DNA from: an uncultured delta proteobacterium
Lineage (GTDB): Bacteria; Myxococcota_A; UBA9160; UBA4427
DNA: 64,000 nucleotides
Assembly (NCBI GenBank): GCA_963822965.1
Contig: CAWGJT010000012.1
Location: 475,992-539,991, forward strand
Direction: 5' to 3'
The notes under the pieces are model-generated. The model was not told the origin of the DNA. It made no database searches and was given only the letters and a program-made list of their open reading frames with translations. Each line of letters begins with the position of its first letter. Within the stretch, counting starts at the first letter, position 1. Below, piece by piece: positions 9,416 through 21,395 of this stretch. A program made the translations under genes and the position numbers.

Positions 9416-12400
9416 TCAGTCGGTCTCTGCCTCGCACCACAGCAGCGCACCGTTCCGGCGACAGCCGAGCGAGATCTGGCTCCCGCCAGCCCAGAGGCCG
9501 TCCACGTGAACCTCTGCGAGCTCGCTCGGCCAGCTCTGTGATGCGTTCGCCGGCAGAGAAATCGCTACCGGCCCCGCCCCCCCCTCGATCGGCACGTCGG
9601 AGCCGTAGACTGCGATCGTTCCGTCAGGGTCGACATCGAGCCCTAGGACACCTTCCACGAAGGCGAAGACATACGCGCCGTTCTCGGGCAGGTAGTGCTG
9701 CAGATTCTGATAGTAGTCGCACTGCTCCTCATCGAGCTTGTCTCTTGGCGCAAGGACACGATCATCCGGGTCGGGAGGCGAAATGAAGTCCTGGTAGCCT
9801 CTTCGGGCCTCGCACATGGCCTTGACGTCAGGGTCGATGACCGAAGTCTGTAAGTACTCTGGATGGCTCGCATCCAGGGGGCCGCTAAGCATGTCGACCT
9901 CCAATTCGGGGAGTGCCCAAACGTGCTCCTCCTCGAGCTGGTCGCGAACTCGCGCGAGGTGAGCGGTCAGCCCCTTCCAATCGGAGTAGATTCCGGCGTA
10001 GATTCCTGCCTCCATGATGAGGGCCGTCGTGCCCAGCAGTGCGCCACCATTCTCCTCGTTCAATCCGAAGTTCCCATAGCCGTCCTTGCCCACCGGGAAG
10101 AGATGCCAATCGCCGCATTGGAGCGTCGGCACCGCCAGCCCGTTTCCGTCGATGGAGTCCCACGTCCGTTGCGGTTGCCAGTATTCGGGCCCTGCATCCT
10201 CGATGGCAGTGACGTTCGTCTGGAACACGCCATCCGTCGTTCTCGCATCATCCCGCATGTCACCAAGCGCCGCGCGGATTGCGTCGCCTTGCGGGCCCCT
10301 TACGAACCTGGCAGCAAGAGCCTGGGTGGACATGAGACCGAGGTCGACCGGATGCTGATCCTCGCCTCCGACCTGGTTGGGCGTGAGGGTGCGGTCACAG
10401 GTCAGAGAGGTCTGGGAACTCGAATCACATCCTACCCACGAGTAGACCCGCCCGTCCTGCGGCACGAGGTTTGCAACGATGTCATTCTCAATACTCGCGC
10501 GAAGCGCCGGCGTCACAACGGGCCAGACCACCTGCGCCTCCTGGAGTCGGAGGTAGGCATCCATGGACTCTAAGAAGAGCATGTTCACATACGAATCCTT
10601 GTATCCCGACAGGATCAGATCGTAGTGCGTCGAAGACATATCCGAGTTCTTACCGCTACCGCTGAAGGACGCATCCGGCACGACGAGAACGCCGTAGTTC
10701 TCCGGGTCGTTGGGATTCGCGGTTGGGTCCTTCATCGCCTGCGTGTACTGCCAGAGCATGGCGGTGAGCAGCTTCCCGGGCAGGTTCACACTGTGTAGGT
10801 TCGCTTCGTCGGGCCACCCCACTGGGAAACGCTCGCCGGTGAACATCCGGGTCTGCGCCTCATAGAGGGAGGACGAGGCCGCACCCGTAAGACTCAACCA
10901 CGAAGACCCGATCCAGAATGCGATGTCCTTGCAATCGATCCAGTCAGTGCACCCCAGTGCCGAAAGATCGGGGTCGGGCGGCCCCCCGAGTTCGGGTGGC
11001 AAGAGGTCGTCCTTGCTCGTAACCGCTATGAGCTCGACGTGGTAGCGCCCCGGCTCGAAGGTGGAAGTCGAAGGGGTCACCGCTACCCATCCGTGCTGGT
11101 GCACGCTGTCGATGCAATCCCGTCTCGCGACCTCAACCCCATCCTTGGTAACTCGGATCGTGAATGGCCAACCATCAAGAGCCTCCTCCGCGAGCCGACC
11201 GAAGACCGGAATTCGAATCTCATCGGCGTCCTCGTCGAGATCAAAATACTGACCCAGCGCCTTGCCTTCGGATTCCAGGATTCGGGTGGACTCGACGATC
11301 GGCTGGCAGGTGTAGGGCACGACAGAGTCGATGACGTCGACCGCTGTGCTTTGCGGCGCGCTCGGCCATTCCTTGTATGAATCGGCTCGCATCTCGATGG
11401 TGTCTACGTCGTCATCGCAGATCTGGTCGCCCACGCCCGCCTGGGAAGCCAGCTTGAGTCCACCTCCAGCGCTCGGTTGAAAGCACACGATGCGAGTCGG
11501 TCGGGACGCAAAAAACGACACGTCTCCGCTGTGCCGGAGGTAGTCTGCCGCCATGATCACGTACTCCGCATTGGCCTCCCAGATCGCCCCCTCAGCGTGC
11601 CACTTCTTCTCTTCGGTCGCGAAGACACGGCGCGTATCGTCTTGGGGCATGGTCAGCAGCCAGTTTCGCAGGATCTCGAGATCCCGCTCCCATCCCGAAA
11701 ACTCGGGATCCGCCGGCGACCCCAGGGACGCGAGCTTACGTGCGATCAACGAGCCCTGGAACATCGCGCCCTCATCCCATGTCTTGCGAGCGAATACGCC
11801 GTTGTTCGACAGCGCATACGACGGATGGTGCCAGTCGCCGTAAAAGGCATCACCCAGGACGGCTCCAGGCAGAACAAAGCCCTGAACCAGTGACTCCGTA
11901 TCGACGACGGTGCCATCAGTTTCCACTGTCCAGACGCGTGAAGCGACGGTTGGAGCAGGATAGGGCTGACAGCCCGCCGAATCGACTTCTCCCAGCGCGC
12001 AGGTCGCGCCGGGCCCGGGAACTCCACCGTTCGCAGTCTTGGCGGCCACCAGCAGCTGCACATCGTCCCACTCGACGAGCCCGTCGCCATCAATGTCGGT
12101 CGCCCGACCCGATAGCTCCCAGCTCCCGTCCCAGTGGTCAACGATCCATTGGAAGCAGTCGACCACGGAGTTGGAGAATGCCGGGTTGGTCAGACACATG
12201 TCATCGATCTCGATGGCGGTGTCATTCGAGTCGCATTGAGAATTCTCGTCCTGGTCTACGTCGCAGTCACAGAGATTTCCGTATCCATCGGCTGCATCAT
12301 CCCGTTGGTCTGGGTTGTAGGTGGCGCTGCAGTTGTCGACAGGATCCGCGATTCCATCGTTGTCGGAGTCGACGGCAGCGACTGCGGTGGTCGCGAAAAC

Positions 12401-12445
12401 GACTCCCACTAGAACGATCGCGATCTTCGAGTGACCCTTGAACAT
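9416..12445 (-). CDS. Large secreted protein: TSP3-like Ca-binding repeat, dockerin-like loop, putative (alpha/alpha)6 glycoside-hydrolase-like domain
   Basis: Signal peptide; DSDNDGIADPVDNC...NPDQRD...DGYGNLCD; DIDGDGLVEWDD; WEANAEYV..AADYLRHSGD..F; YDLILSGYKDSYVN; ENGG. Confidence 0.6.
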   Translation of the reverse strand: MFKGHSKIAIVLVGVVFATTAVAAVDSDNDGIADPVDNCSATYNPDQRDDAADGYGNLCDCDVDQDENSQCDSNDTAIEIDDMCLTNPAFSNSVVDCFQWIVDHWDGSWELSGRATDIDGDGLVEWDDVQLLVAAKTANGGVPGPGATCALGEVDSAGCQPYPAPTVASRVWTVETDGTVVDTESLVQGFVLPGAVLGDAFYGDWHHPSYALSNNGVFARKTWDEGAMFQGSLIARKLASLGSPADPEFSGWERDLEILRNWLLTMPQDDTRRVFATEEKKWHAEGAIWEANAEYVIMAADYLRHSGDVSFFASRPTRIVCFQPSAGGGLKLASQAGVGDQICDDDVDTIEMRADSYKEWPSAPQSTAVDVIDSVVPYTCQPIVESTRILESEGKALGQYFDLDEDADEIRIPVFGRLAEEALDGWPFTIRVTKDGVEVARRDCIDSVHQHGWVAVTPSTSTFEPGRYHVELIAVTSKDDLLPPELGGPPDPDLSALGCTDWIDCKDIAFWIGSSWLSLTGAASSSLYEAQTRMFTGERFPVGWPDEANLHSVNLPGKLLTAMLWQYTQAMKDPTANPNDPENYGVLVVPDASFSGSGKNSDMSSTHYDLILSGYKDSYVNMLFLESMDAYLRLQEAQVVWPVVTPALRASIENDIVANLVPQDGRVYSWVGCDSSSQTSLTCDRTLTPNQVGGEDQHPVDLGLMSTQALAARFVRGPQGDAIRAALGDMRDDARTTDGVFQTNVTAIEDAGPEYWQPQRTWDSIDGNGLAVPTLQCGDWHLFPVGKDGYGNFGLNEENGGALLGTTALIMEAGIYAGIYSDWKGLTAHLARVRDQLEEEHVWALPELEVDMLSGPLDASHPEYLQTSVIDPDVKAMCEARRGYQDFISPPDPDDRVLAPRDKLDEEQCDYYQNLQHYLPENGAYVFAFVEGVLGLDVDPDGTIAVYGSDVPIEGGAGPVAISLPANASQSWPSELAEVHVDGLWAGGSQISLGCRRNGALLWCEAETD

Positions 12446-12668
12446 GTTCCCGCCTCATCGGTTTCGATCACTTCTATCACATCGTCTCTGTCGGGGGGCA
12501 CAGTTCTCTGTAGTCGAAAGCGCGGCACGGTCGTCGTGCACCTTCGACGGGTGCGCAGGCGACCGTGCGTTCTTAAGTGGCACCCACTCGCGCAGGGCGC
12601 GCAGGGGGAGGTCCCCCATCGGCGGATGATCGCATCGGGAGTCTTTCGCTACGCTCCGCGCTTCCTAC

Positions 12669-13673
12669 TTGGAGTTGGAGCAGATCAACGTGGGCAAGGA
12701 CTCTCCGAAGCGAGGGGCTTCCTGGCGGACGCGGGTGCTTGCCCTGGCCGTGGGGTGTGTGGCCGCGGTGGGCGTCGTGCTGGGCGGCGCGCGGCTGCTC
12801 GATCTCGACCTCCGCTGGGCGCTCCACAAGACGCTGGTGCGGCTGCTGCCCCAGGAATCCCTGCACATGGCGGTGCCCCATCCGACGCGCGGCGCCTCGC
12901 TCATCCCGGGCCGGGTGACACGGCACACCACCGACGAGTTCGACGTCGTCTATACCATCGACGATCTCGGCAACCGGCGGATTCCCGGCGCTCGAGACGG
13001 TCTACCCGTCGTCGAGCTGCTCGGCGATTCCTACACCTTCGGCCACGGGGTGGAGGACGACGAGGTCTACGCGGCGCTGCTGAACGACCGGTGGACCGGC
13101 TACACGCTGCGCAACCGCGCCGTGATGGGCTGGTGTCAGGTGCCGAACGCGTTGGTCCTCGACGAGGATCTCGAACGCGGGGAGGACCTGGCGCTCGTCC
13201 TCTACGGCTGGCTCTACGTGCACGACGAGCGGTCCTTCGATTTCTTGCGCGGCTCGTCGGCTCCGTTCCCGGGCTGGCTGAAGACCCTGCAGCGCGAGGT
13301 GGAGGTAGCACCGTCGTTCGGACCGGGCCGTGCCGCGGCCGAACGCGAGCTGGGAAGGGCGCTGCTGCGGCACATGAAGCGGGCCGCCGGCGAGCGGAGC
13401 ATCCCGTTCGGCGTCGTGATCCTGGCCATGCCGGGCTGGGCGCCGCAGGAGGACGGGGCCAATGCGCTGATCCCCTTTCTCGAGAGCGAGGGCATTGCCT
13501 ACGTCGACCTGCAGCACGATCCGCGCTTCGCGTCGCGAGACGGACTGCAGTACCCGAAGGACTCGCACCCCACTCCCGAATACCATCGCCGCGCCGCCCA
13601 GGCGATCGCCGAGCGATTCACGCCCGGAGAGCCGCCGGGTGCCGGCGGCCGGGCGACGATCGATCAGAAGTAG
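12669..13673 (+). CDS. Membrane-anchored SGNH/GDSL hydrolase-like protein
   Basis: N-terminal TM helix; LLGDSYTFGHGV; DSHP (DxH). Confidence 0.75.
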   Translation: MELEQINVGKDSPKRGASWRTRVLALAVGCVAAVGVVLGGARLLDLDLRWALHKTLVRLLPQESLHMAVPHPTRGASLIPGRVTRHTTDEFDVVYTIDDLGNRRIPGARDGLPVVELLGDSYTFGHGVEDDEVYAALLNDRWTGYTLRNRAVMGWCQVPNALVLDEDLERGEDLALVLYGWLYVHDERSFDFLRGSSAPFPGWLKTLQREVEVAPSFGPGRAAAERELGRALLRHMKRAAGERSIPFGVVILAMPGWAPQEDGANALIPFLESEGIAYVDLQHDPRFASRDGLQYPKDSHPTPEYHRRAAQAIAERFTPGEPPGAGGRATIDQK

Positions 13674-14974
13674 TAGCCCTGCCCCCGGTGGCGGACGACG
13701 TCGGGGACGTCCTTGCGCCGGTGGATCCCAGAGTAGTGCGTGATGATCGCCTTGCGCTGCAGCGACCGATCGCGCGGCGGGCTGCCCCGGTGCAGCAGGC
13801 GCCCGTTCCAGATCAGGACGTCGCCCTTGCGCCCGAGGAAGGCCTGCGCCTTCTCGTCGCGACGCGCGATCTCCTGGCGGACGAGCGGACCCACGAAGGA
13901 CTCGGACGTCTTCGTCCAGTCCTGGGTGCGGTCTTCCGGCTCGACGAAGCGCAGCACCCGGTCCCTGCGGAGCGCGAACCAGCGGTGCGAGCCGGGGATG
14001 TACTCGAACGGTCCCGCCTCCGGTGAGATCTCGTCGAGGGCGAACCAGACCGCCAGGTAGTGATTGTTGACCGACGGCGGGTTCAGGTAGTCGTCCTGGT
14101 GCCAGTCCCGCTCGGTGCTCACCCAGCCCGTGAGGTTCAGGTGCATGCCCATGGGCTCGCCGATCAGCCTCTCCAGCACGTCCATCAGCGGCCCATGGAG
14201 ACAGAGATCCTTGATCTCTGGGACCTGGAGATAGGGATTGACGCTGGGGTAGCCGCCGGGACGATCGAGCTTCTCGCGCACCCGGCAGTAGGGGTCGATG
14301 AGCGTGTCCGGAATGAAGCGCTCGAGGATCAGGTAGCCGTTCTCCCGCCAGAAGCGCTGGTGCTCGTCGAGGTCGCTCTCGTCGAGCTCCCGACGATCGA
14401 GCAGCGGCAGGGAGGCGTCGGGCATCTCCTCGCAGAGATCCTCCAGCGAGGGATCGTGCAGCGCCGGAACCCGGCCGGCGCGGAAGCTCGCGTCGCGCAC
14501 CTCGGCGCTGCAACCGGGCGCGACGTAGATGCACGCCCGCAGCCGCGTGGCGTCGAACGGGACGATCTCCCGGAGGGAGAGACGCTCCCAGCCCGGGCAG
14601 CCAGCGGCGCGATCCGCCCAGCGGTCCTCGCCCTTCTGGTGGTGGACCGAGAGCCACGCCCCGCCGCGGGTCTCGCAGCGCACCCGAACCGAGAGCTCGT
14701 AGCTCTTGCTCCGATGCGCCTCGGGCGGCTCGAGGTCGAAGAAGACGATGGTCGAGCCGCGGCCGCGATTCTCGATGCGGAGCGCATGGCCTCCCTCGAC
14801 CAGGTCGACCACCCGGGCGCTCCCCCGGCCGTCCTCGGAGAACAGCTGCCAGCGTCCGGGCGCTTCCCCGGAGCCGGGCGCCAGGCGCACCAGCGACACC
14901 TCGGGGAGCAGCTCCTCGTCGCTGGCGGCAGGGGCGAGCGACTCGCGCGCGAGGGAGCTGGGGGATTCGGGCAT
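13664..14974 (-). CDS. Phytanoyl-CoA dioxygenase (PhyH) family Fe(II)/2-OG dioxygenase with N-terminal carbohydrate-binding-like domain
   Basis: FWRENGYL; WHQD; VWFALD; YIPGSH; GDVLIW...LLHRG. Confidence 0.82.
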   Translation of the reverse strand: MPESPSSLARESLAPAASDEELLPEVSLVRLAPGSGEAPGRWQLFSEDGRGSARVVDLVEGGHALRIENRGRGSTIVFFDLEPPEAHRSKSYELSVRVRCETRGGAWLSVHHQKGEDRWADRAAGCPGWERLSLREIVPFDATRLRACIYVAPGCSAEVRDASFRAGRVPALHDPSLEDLCEEMPDASLPLLDRRELDESDLDEHQRFWRENGYLILERFIPDTLIDPYCRVREKLDRPGGYPSVNPYLQVPEIKDLCLHGPLMDVLERLIGEPMGMHLNLTGWVSTERDWHQDDYLNPPSVNNHYLAVWFALDEISPEAGPFEYIPGSHRWFALRRDRVLRFVEPEDRTQDWTKTSESFVGPLVRQEIARRDEKAQAFLGRKGDVLIWNGRLLHRGSPPRDRSLQRKAIITHYSGIHRRKDVPDVVRHRGQGYYF

Positions 14975-14998
14975 TCCGCGCTCCTGGCCCGGCAGGGA

Positions 14999-16112
14999 TC
15001 AGCGCCCCGCGACCGCCCGCCGGTAGACGTCGAGGGTCTCGACGGCGATGTCGTCCCAGGTGCGGGACTGGGCCCGCTTGAGCCCCTTCTCGACCAGCTG
15101 GGCGCGCAGGTCGGCGCTGTCCAGCAGCTGCTCGATGGCGCGCAGCAGGCCGTCGGAGCGGTCGAGATCGACGAAGGCCGACGAGGTCTCGAACAGCTCC
15201 GTGAGCGACGAGTTCTTCGCCAGCAGCACCGGCGCGCCGCAGGCCATGGCCTCCAGCGGCGGCAGACCGAATCCCTCGTAGAGCGACGGGTAGACGAAGA
15301 GCGCGCAGAGCGAGTAGAGGGCCGCCAGATCGCCCTCGGCGACGGGGCCGATCAGGTGCACGTCGCGCCCCTCCTCGAGCCCGTTCTGGCGCAGCACCTG
15401 TCGGATGTGGGCCAGGTACTTGGGCTCGCCGCGACCCGCGATCACCAGGCTCTCGCGCCTTCCGGCGTCCTTCAGGGCCGCCACCGCGTCGAGCACCGAA
15501 GGGAGGTTCTTGCGGGGCTCGACGGAGCCCACGTAGAGGAGGAAGCGGTCGGGAAGCCCGTAGCGCTCGCGCACCGCCGCCGAGCGCCCGCTCGTCGTGC
15601 ACCCGCTCGAGGTTCGCGCCGGCGGCGAGGTAGATCACGTCGATCTTGTCCGGCGGAATGCGATGACACCGAACCAGGTCGCGCTTCGTGTTCATGGAGT
15701 CGGCGATGATGCGGACGGCCCGGTGGCAGAGCTTCGGCAGCAGGCGGTGGCGCAGGCGCCGGCGCATCGGATGCGTCTGCGGCAGCAGGGTCACGCTGAG
15801 ATCGTGGACCGTGATGACCGTGGGGAAGGGCGCGGAGAGCGGCGCCATGTAGTTCGTGCCGTGGTAGAGATCCACCTTGCCGGGGACCGACGTGAGCCGC
15901 ACCTGGTCCACGAAGCGCGCCATCGGGAAGCGGTCGGTGTAGGCGCGCACGTTCGGGCCGAACGACGGCTCGTCCCAGCTCCGGGGAAGACCGCACAGGG
16001 CGTACTGGCTCTCGCGATCGGCACGCGCCAGCGCCTCCACGAGGCTCTGGGTGTAGCGGCGAACGCCGCCCCACGGTCCCGCGAGCGGTCGACAGTCGAT
16101 CGCGATTCTCAT
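14999..16112 (-). CDS. Glycosyltransferase family 4; one +1 frameshift near 15585
   Basis: MRIAIDCRPL...GGVRRY, TVHDL, then in the second frame YVGSVEPRKN and PSLYEGFGLPPLEAMACG. Confidence 0.9.
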
Positions 16113-16305
16113 CTACGAAGGATCCACCCTCGGGGGATAGCGAAACAGGTTCTCACGCCTCGCGCGAACGGTAGCGAGCCTGATTCTGGCCAGCTATCGA
16201 AAATCCCGTACGCGGACGGGCCCTGATCCGATCGGACAGCGCCCTGCCCTGCCCGGTTCCGCACGCAGCTTCGAGACGGACAGCCCGCGTTCCGACGGGA
16301 AACGC

Positions 16306-17223
16306 TCAGGCTCCTTCGAACAGATCGAAGAGCTCCTGGAAGGCCTTGGGCTGTTTCCCCACGGCCGACGACGGAACCAGGATGGGCGTCCGCAGCCCCG
16401 CGTCGCGCCAGGCCTCGAGCCCTTCGAGCACCTTCGAGGCGGGCCCGAAGAGCGTTGTGTCATTCAGCCACGCGTCGGACATGAGCGACGGCAGGCTCTC
16501 GCGGTCCCCCTTGGCGAGAGCCGCCTCGATGACCTCCATCTCCTCCACGTAGCCCGCCTCCTTCCAGTAGTTCCGGTAGTTGGGAAGCGTCACGTAGAGG
16601 CACAGGGTGCGGCGATTCACCTCAGCGGCCGCCTTCTCGTCCTCGGAGATGCAGGTGGGGAGCATGTCCCCAATGAAGAACCCGGGATCCGCCCGCTTCT
16701 CCGCGGGCAACGCCGCGAGCGAGCGCGCCAGATGCGAGCGCGCCACGTTGGCGAACACGACGCCCTGCCCGAGCTCGCCGGCGAGCCCCACCATCTTCGA
16801 GCGCAGCCCCGCCACCACCACCGGCGGCAGCTCACCCACCCGAGGCACCGCGGCCAGCTCCGTCAGGAAGCCGCGCATGTCCGCCAGCGGCTTGCCGGGG
16901 ACGACCCCGAGCCGGCGGTTCATCGGGTCGTGGCTCACGCCGACCCCGAAGCGGAAGCGTCCGTCCGACAGCTCGTGGATGAGCGAGGCCGTGACCGCGT
17001 ACTCCGAGACGTGACGGCTGTAGATGTTGACGATCGCCGTGCCGAAGGGGATGCGTCGGGTCGCGAAGGCCAGCGCTTCGCACAGGCCGAGCCCGTCGCC
17101 GAAGCTCGCGCAGTAGATGCCCGAGAAGCCGCGCCGCTCGATCTCGGCCGCCAGCTCGAGGGTCCACTTGCGCCGGCCCGGGACGGCCGCCAGGGCCACC
17201 GCCGGTAGAGCTGCCTTCGCCAT
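16306..17223 (-). CDS. LLM-class flavin-dependent oxidoreductase
   Basis: TRRIPFGTAIVNIYSR; LSDGRFRFGVGVSH. Confidence 0.85.
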   Translation of the reverse strand: MAKAALPAVALAAVPGRRKWTLELAAEIERRGFSGIYCASFGDGLGLCEALAFATRRIPFGTAIVNIYSRHVSEYAVTASLIHELSDGRFRFGVGVSHDPMNRRLGVVPGKPLADMRGFLTELAAVPRVGELPPVVVAGLRSKMVGLAGELGQGVVFANVARSHLARSLAALPAEKRADPGFFIGDMLPTCISEDEKAAAEVNRRTLCLYVTLPNYRNYWKEAGYVEEMEVIEAALAKGDRESLPSLMSDAWLNDTTLFGPASKVLEGLEAWRDAGLRTPILVPSSAVGKQPKAFQELFDLFEGA

Positions 17224-17472
17224 GCTGCTCGTCCCCTCCCCGCTGGCCCGGGTGCGCTGCCCGTGCGCGAGCACCCGGCAGAGGCCGCGAGTCTACCAGC
17301 CGCGCCCGGGTGCCCCACGGGTAGGCCGAGGCCGTCCCGTTTGCCGCCCCGATGACCACCGGGGCCGAAGAATTGGGCAGCGGGCATCGCACCCGGGCCG
17401 GCGCCAAGGCGTCTCACGTGCCGATCTCTGCCCATTCGGGCCCCGAATCGCGCGAGCGGGCCCGATGCCGCC

Positions 17473-17489
17473 TTGGCACGCCCGTTGCT
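17473..17489 (+). promoter_or_regulatory. Sigma54 (-24/-12) promoter of amtB-P-II
   Basis: TTGGCACGCCCGTTGCT, near-perfect consensus with GG-N10-GC, about 100 bp upstream of amtB. Confidence 0.85.
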
Positions 17490-17587
17490 CTAGAGCGCCA
17501 CGACCCGGCGAGCCGGGGGGGCGCGGGCAGACGACCTCGTCCCATCGACTTACGACCGAAATCGAACCCTCGAATACGGAGATCCAA

Positions 17588-19376
<1,789 letters not shown>

Positions 19377-19408
19377 GAAGCAATCGCAACGCCATTCGCG
19401 AGGAGACG

Positions 19409-19443
19409 GGGCCGGTGGGGCGCAAGCCGCACCGGCCCTTTCT
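19409..19443 (+). terminator. Intrinsic terminator
   Basis: GGGCCGGTG...GCAA tetraloop...CACCGGCCC followed by TTTCT. Confidence 0.7.
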
Positions 19444-19556
19444 CCGTCCGGCCGGCGTCCCGGGCTCGCTCGTCTGGATCGCGTTCACCCCGCGCGGCCC
19501 GACCCCCGCCGAGCCCGCTCCATCCCGCGCGCCGCACGCGCTATAAACAGCGGCCC

Positions 19557-20759
19557 ATGTCCTCCCCGCGCGATCCCGAGACCATCGTCGTGGTGGGCGC
19601 GTCCCTGGCCGGGCTGCGCGCCATCGAGGCCCTGCGCCGGGAGGGCCATGACGGCCGCATCGTCGCGATCGGCGCCGAAGCGCACCTGCCCTACGACCGC
19701 CCGCCGCTCTCGAAGCAGTTCCTGAAGGGCGACTGGGAGGCGGATCGCCTGTGGCTGCGGCGCGAGGGCGTGGACGACCTCGAGGTGGAGTGGCGGCTCG
19801 GCGCGCGCGCGAGCGCCCTCGACCTGCCGGGCCGCGCGGTGCTGCTCGAAGGCGGCGAGCGCGTGGGCTACGACCGCCTGCTCGTGGCCACGGGCGCGGT
19901 CGCCCGGCGGCTGCCCTTCGGCGAGGGCCTCGCAGGCGTGCACGCACTGCGGTCCCTCGACGACGCCGCGGCGCTCCGCGCCGACCTGGCCCGGGCGGAC
20001 CGGGTGGTGATCGTCGGCGCGGGCTTCATCGGCATGGAGGTGGCGGCCACCTGCCGCCGCCGCGGCCTCGCCGTGACGGTCGTCGAGCCCCTGCCGCATC
20101 CGCTGATGCGCGGCCTCGGCCCCGTGCTGGGCGCCTGGGCGGGCGAGCACCACCAGGACCAGGGCATCGTCCTGCGTTGCGGCGTGGGCGTCGCGGGCCT
20201 CGAGGGCGGCACCCGGGTGGAACGCGTGCGGCTCGGCGACGGAACCACCCTGGAGGCGGACGTGGTGCTGCTGGGGGTCGGTAGCCGGCCGGCGACCGAC
20301 TGGCTCGAAGGATCGGGCCTCGCGCTCGAGGACGGCGTCGACTGCGACGCCAGCGGTGCCACCTCGCACCCCGACGTCTTCGCGGCGGGAGACGTCGCCC
20401 GCTGGAACGGCGTACGTCTCGAGCACTGGACGAGCGCCGTCGAGCAGGGCACCCACGTGGCCGCACGCCTGCTGAAGGGAAAGGAGGCTGGCGACCTGGC
20501 ACACCTCCCCTACGTGTGGACGGACCAGTTCGACCTGCGGCTCCAGATCGCCGGTCACGTGCAGCCGGGGGACGAGATGCGCGTGTGCCACGGCAGCCTG
20601 GAAGGAGCAGCCGAGGACCGCCGCTTCCTTGCGCTCTTCGGGCGCGCGGGCAGGCTCGTGGCCGCCGTCGGCAACAAGCGGCCGCGTCAGCTGATGGCGG
20701 CGCGGAAGCTCATCGCCTGCGGGACGTCCTTCGAAGAAGCGATCGCCGCCAATCCGTGA
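19557..20759 (+). CDS. NAD(P)/FAD-dependent ferredoxin reductase
   Basis: VVGASLAG; PYDRPPLSK; GAGFIGME; AAGDVA; RLEHW; PYVWTDQ. Confidence 0.9.
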   Translation: MSSPRDPETIVVVGASLAGLRAIEALRREGHDGRIVAIGAEAHLPYDRPPLSKQFLKGDWEADRLWLRREGVDDLEVEWRLGARASALDLPGRAVLLEGGERVGYDRLLVATGAVARRLPFGEGLAGVHALRSLDDAAALRADLARADRVVIVGAGFIGMEVAATCRRRGLAVTVVEPLPHPLMRGLGPVLGAWAGEHHQDQGIVLRCGVGVAGLEGGTRVERVRLGDGTTLEADVVLLGVGSRPATDWLEGSGLALEDGVDCDASGATSHPDVFAAGDVARWNGVRLEHWTSAVEQGTHVAARLLKGKEAGDLAHLPYVWTDQFDLRLQIAGHVQPGDEMRVCHGSLEGAAEDRRFLALFGRAGRLVAAVGNKRPRQLMAARKLIACGTSFEEAIAANP

Positions 20760-20801
20760 AGCCCGCCGTGAAGCCCGCCGTGAAGCCCGCCGTGAAGCCC
20801 G
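20754..20801. repeat. Tandem repeat (CCGTGAAGCCCG)x4 spanning the reductase stop codon
   Basis: Four exact 12-bp units read directly. Confidence 0.95.
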
Positions 20802-20831
20802 AGGGCGAGCGCCACGACACGCCCGGGTGCG

Positions 20832-21311
20832 TCAGGGCTCGCAGGCGCCGGGCACCTTCTCCCAGATGAGCGTCGTGCCCCGGTACATGCAGCCCGCCCG
20901 GCCGGCGGCCACGTCCGGCGTGGGTGCGGACTTCGGAGCGGCGTCCGCCTTGGCGTCCTCGCCGGGCTTGGCGTCCTCGCCGGCCTCGGCGACGGTCTCA
21001 TCGGCGGTCTTGGCGGCGGCCTTCTCGGCGAAGCCCGACTTCGCGGGCGGCGGGGCGGGGACGGCGTGCTGCGCATCTTCCGCCCGAGCATCCTCCTCCC
21101 GAGCCTTCTTGAGCTCGCGGGCCTGGTCGATGATCTCCTTCAGCTCGTCGACGCCGACCTCGTCCTTGGGCGGGCTGGATTCGGGGGCATAGGCTGGAAA
21201 GCGACGAAGCTCGCCCGCCAGGGCGGTCTGCGGCAGGCAGGCGCCCAGCAGCAGCACCACCCCGAGCGCGACGACCGATCCCCAAAGGGCTTGTCGGATG
21301 CGAGGGTCCAT
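20832..21311 (-). CDS. Hypothetical exported protein, Ala/Glu/Lys-rich with C-terminal Cys pair
   Basis: MDPRIRQALWGSVVALGVVLLLGAC... signal/TM segment; GC3-biased frame; ends CMYRG...GACEP. Confidence 0.6.
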   Translation of the reverse strand: MDPRIRQALWGSVVALGVVLLLGACLPQTALAGELRRFPAYAPESSPPKDEVGVDELKEIIDQARELKKAREEDARAEDAQHAVPAPPPAKSGFAEKAAAKTADETVAEAGEDAKPGEDAKADAAPKSAPTPDVAAGRAGCMYRGTTLIWEKVPGACEP

Positions 21312-21395
21312 GTGGTTCTGCGTATCGGCAGGTCGGGCACTACACTCGAGCCCGGGCTGGAATCCAGCCGAAATCCCCTCGACCCCGGAGCCCCC

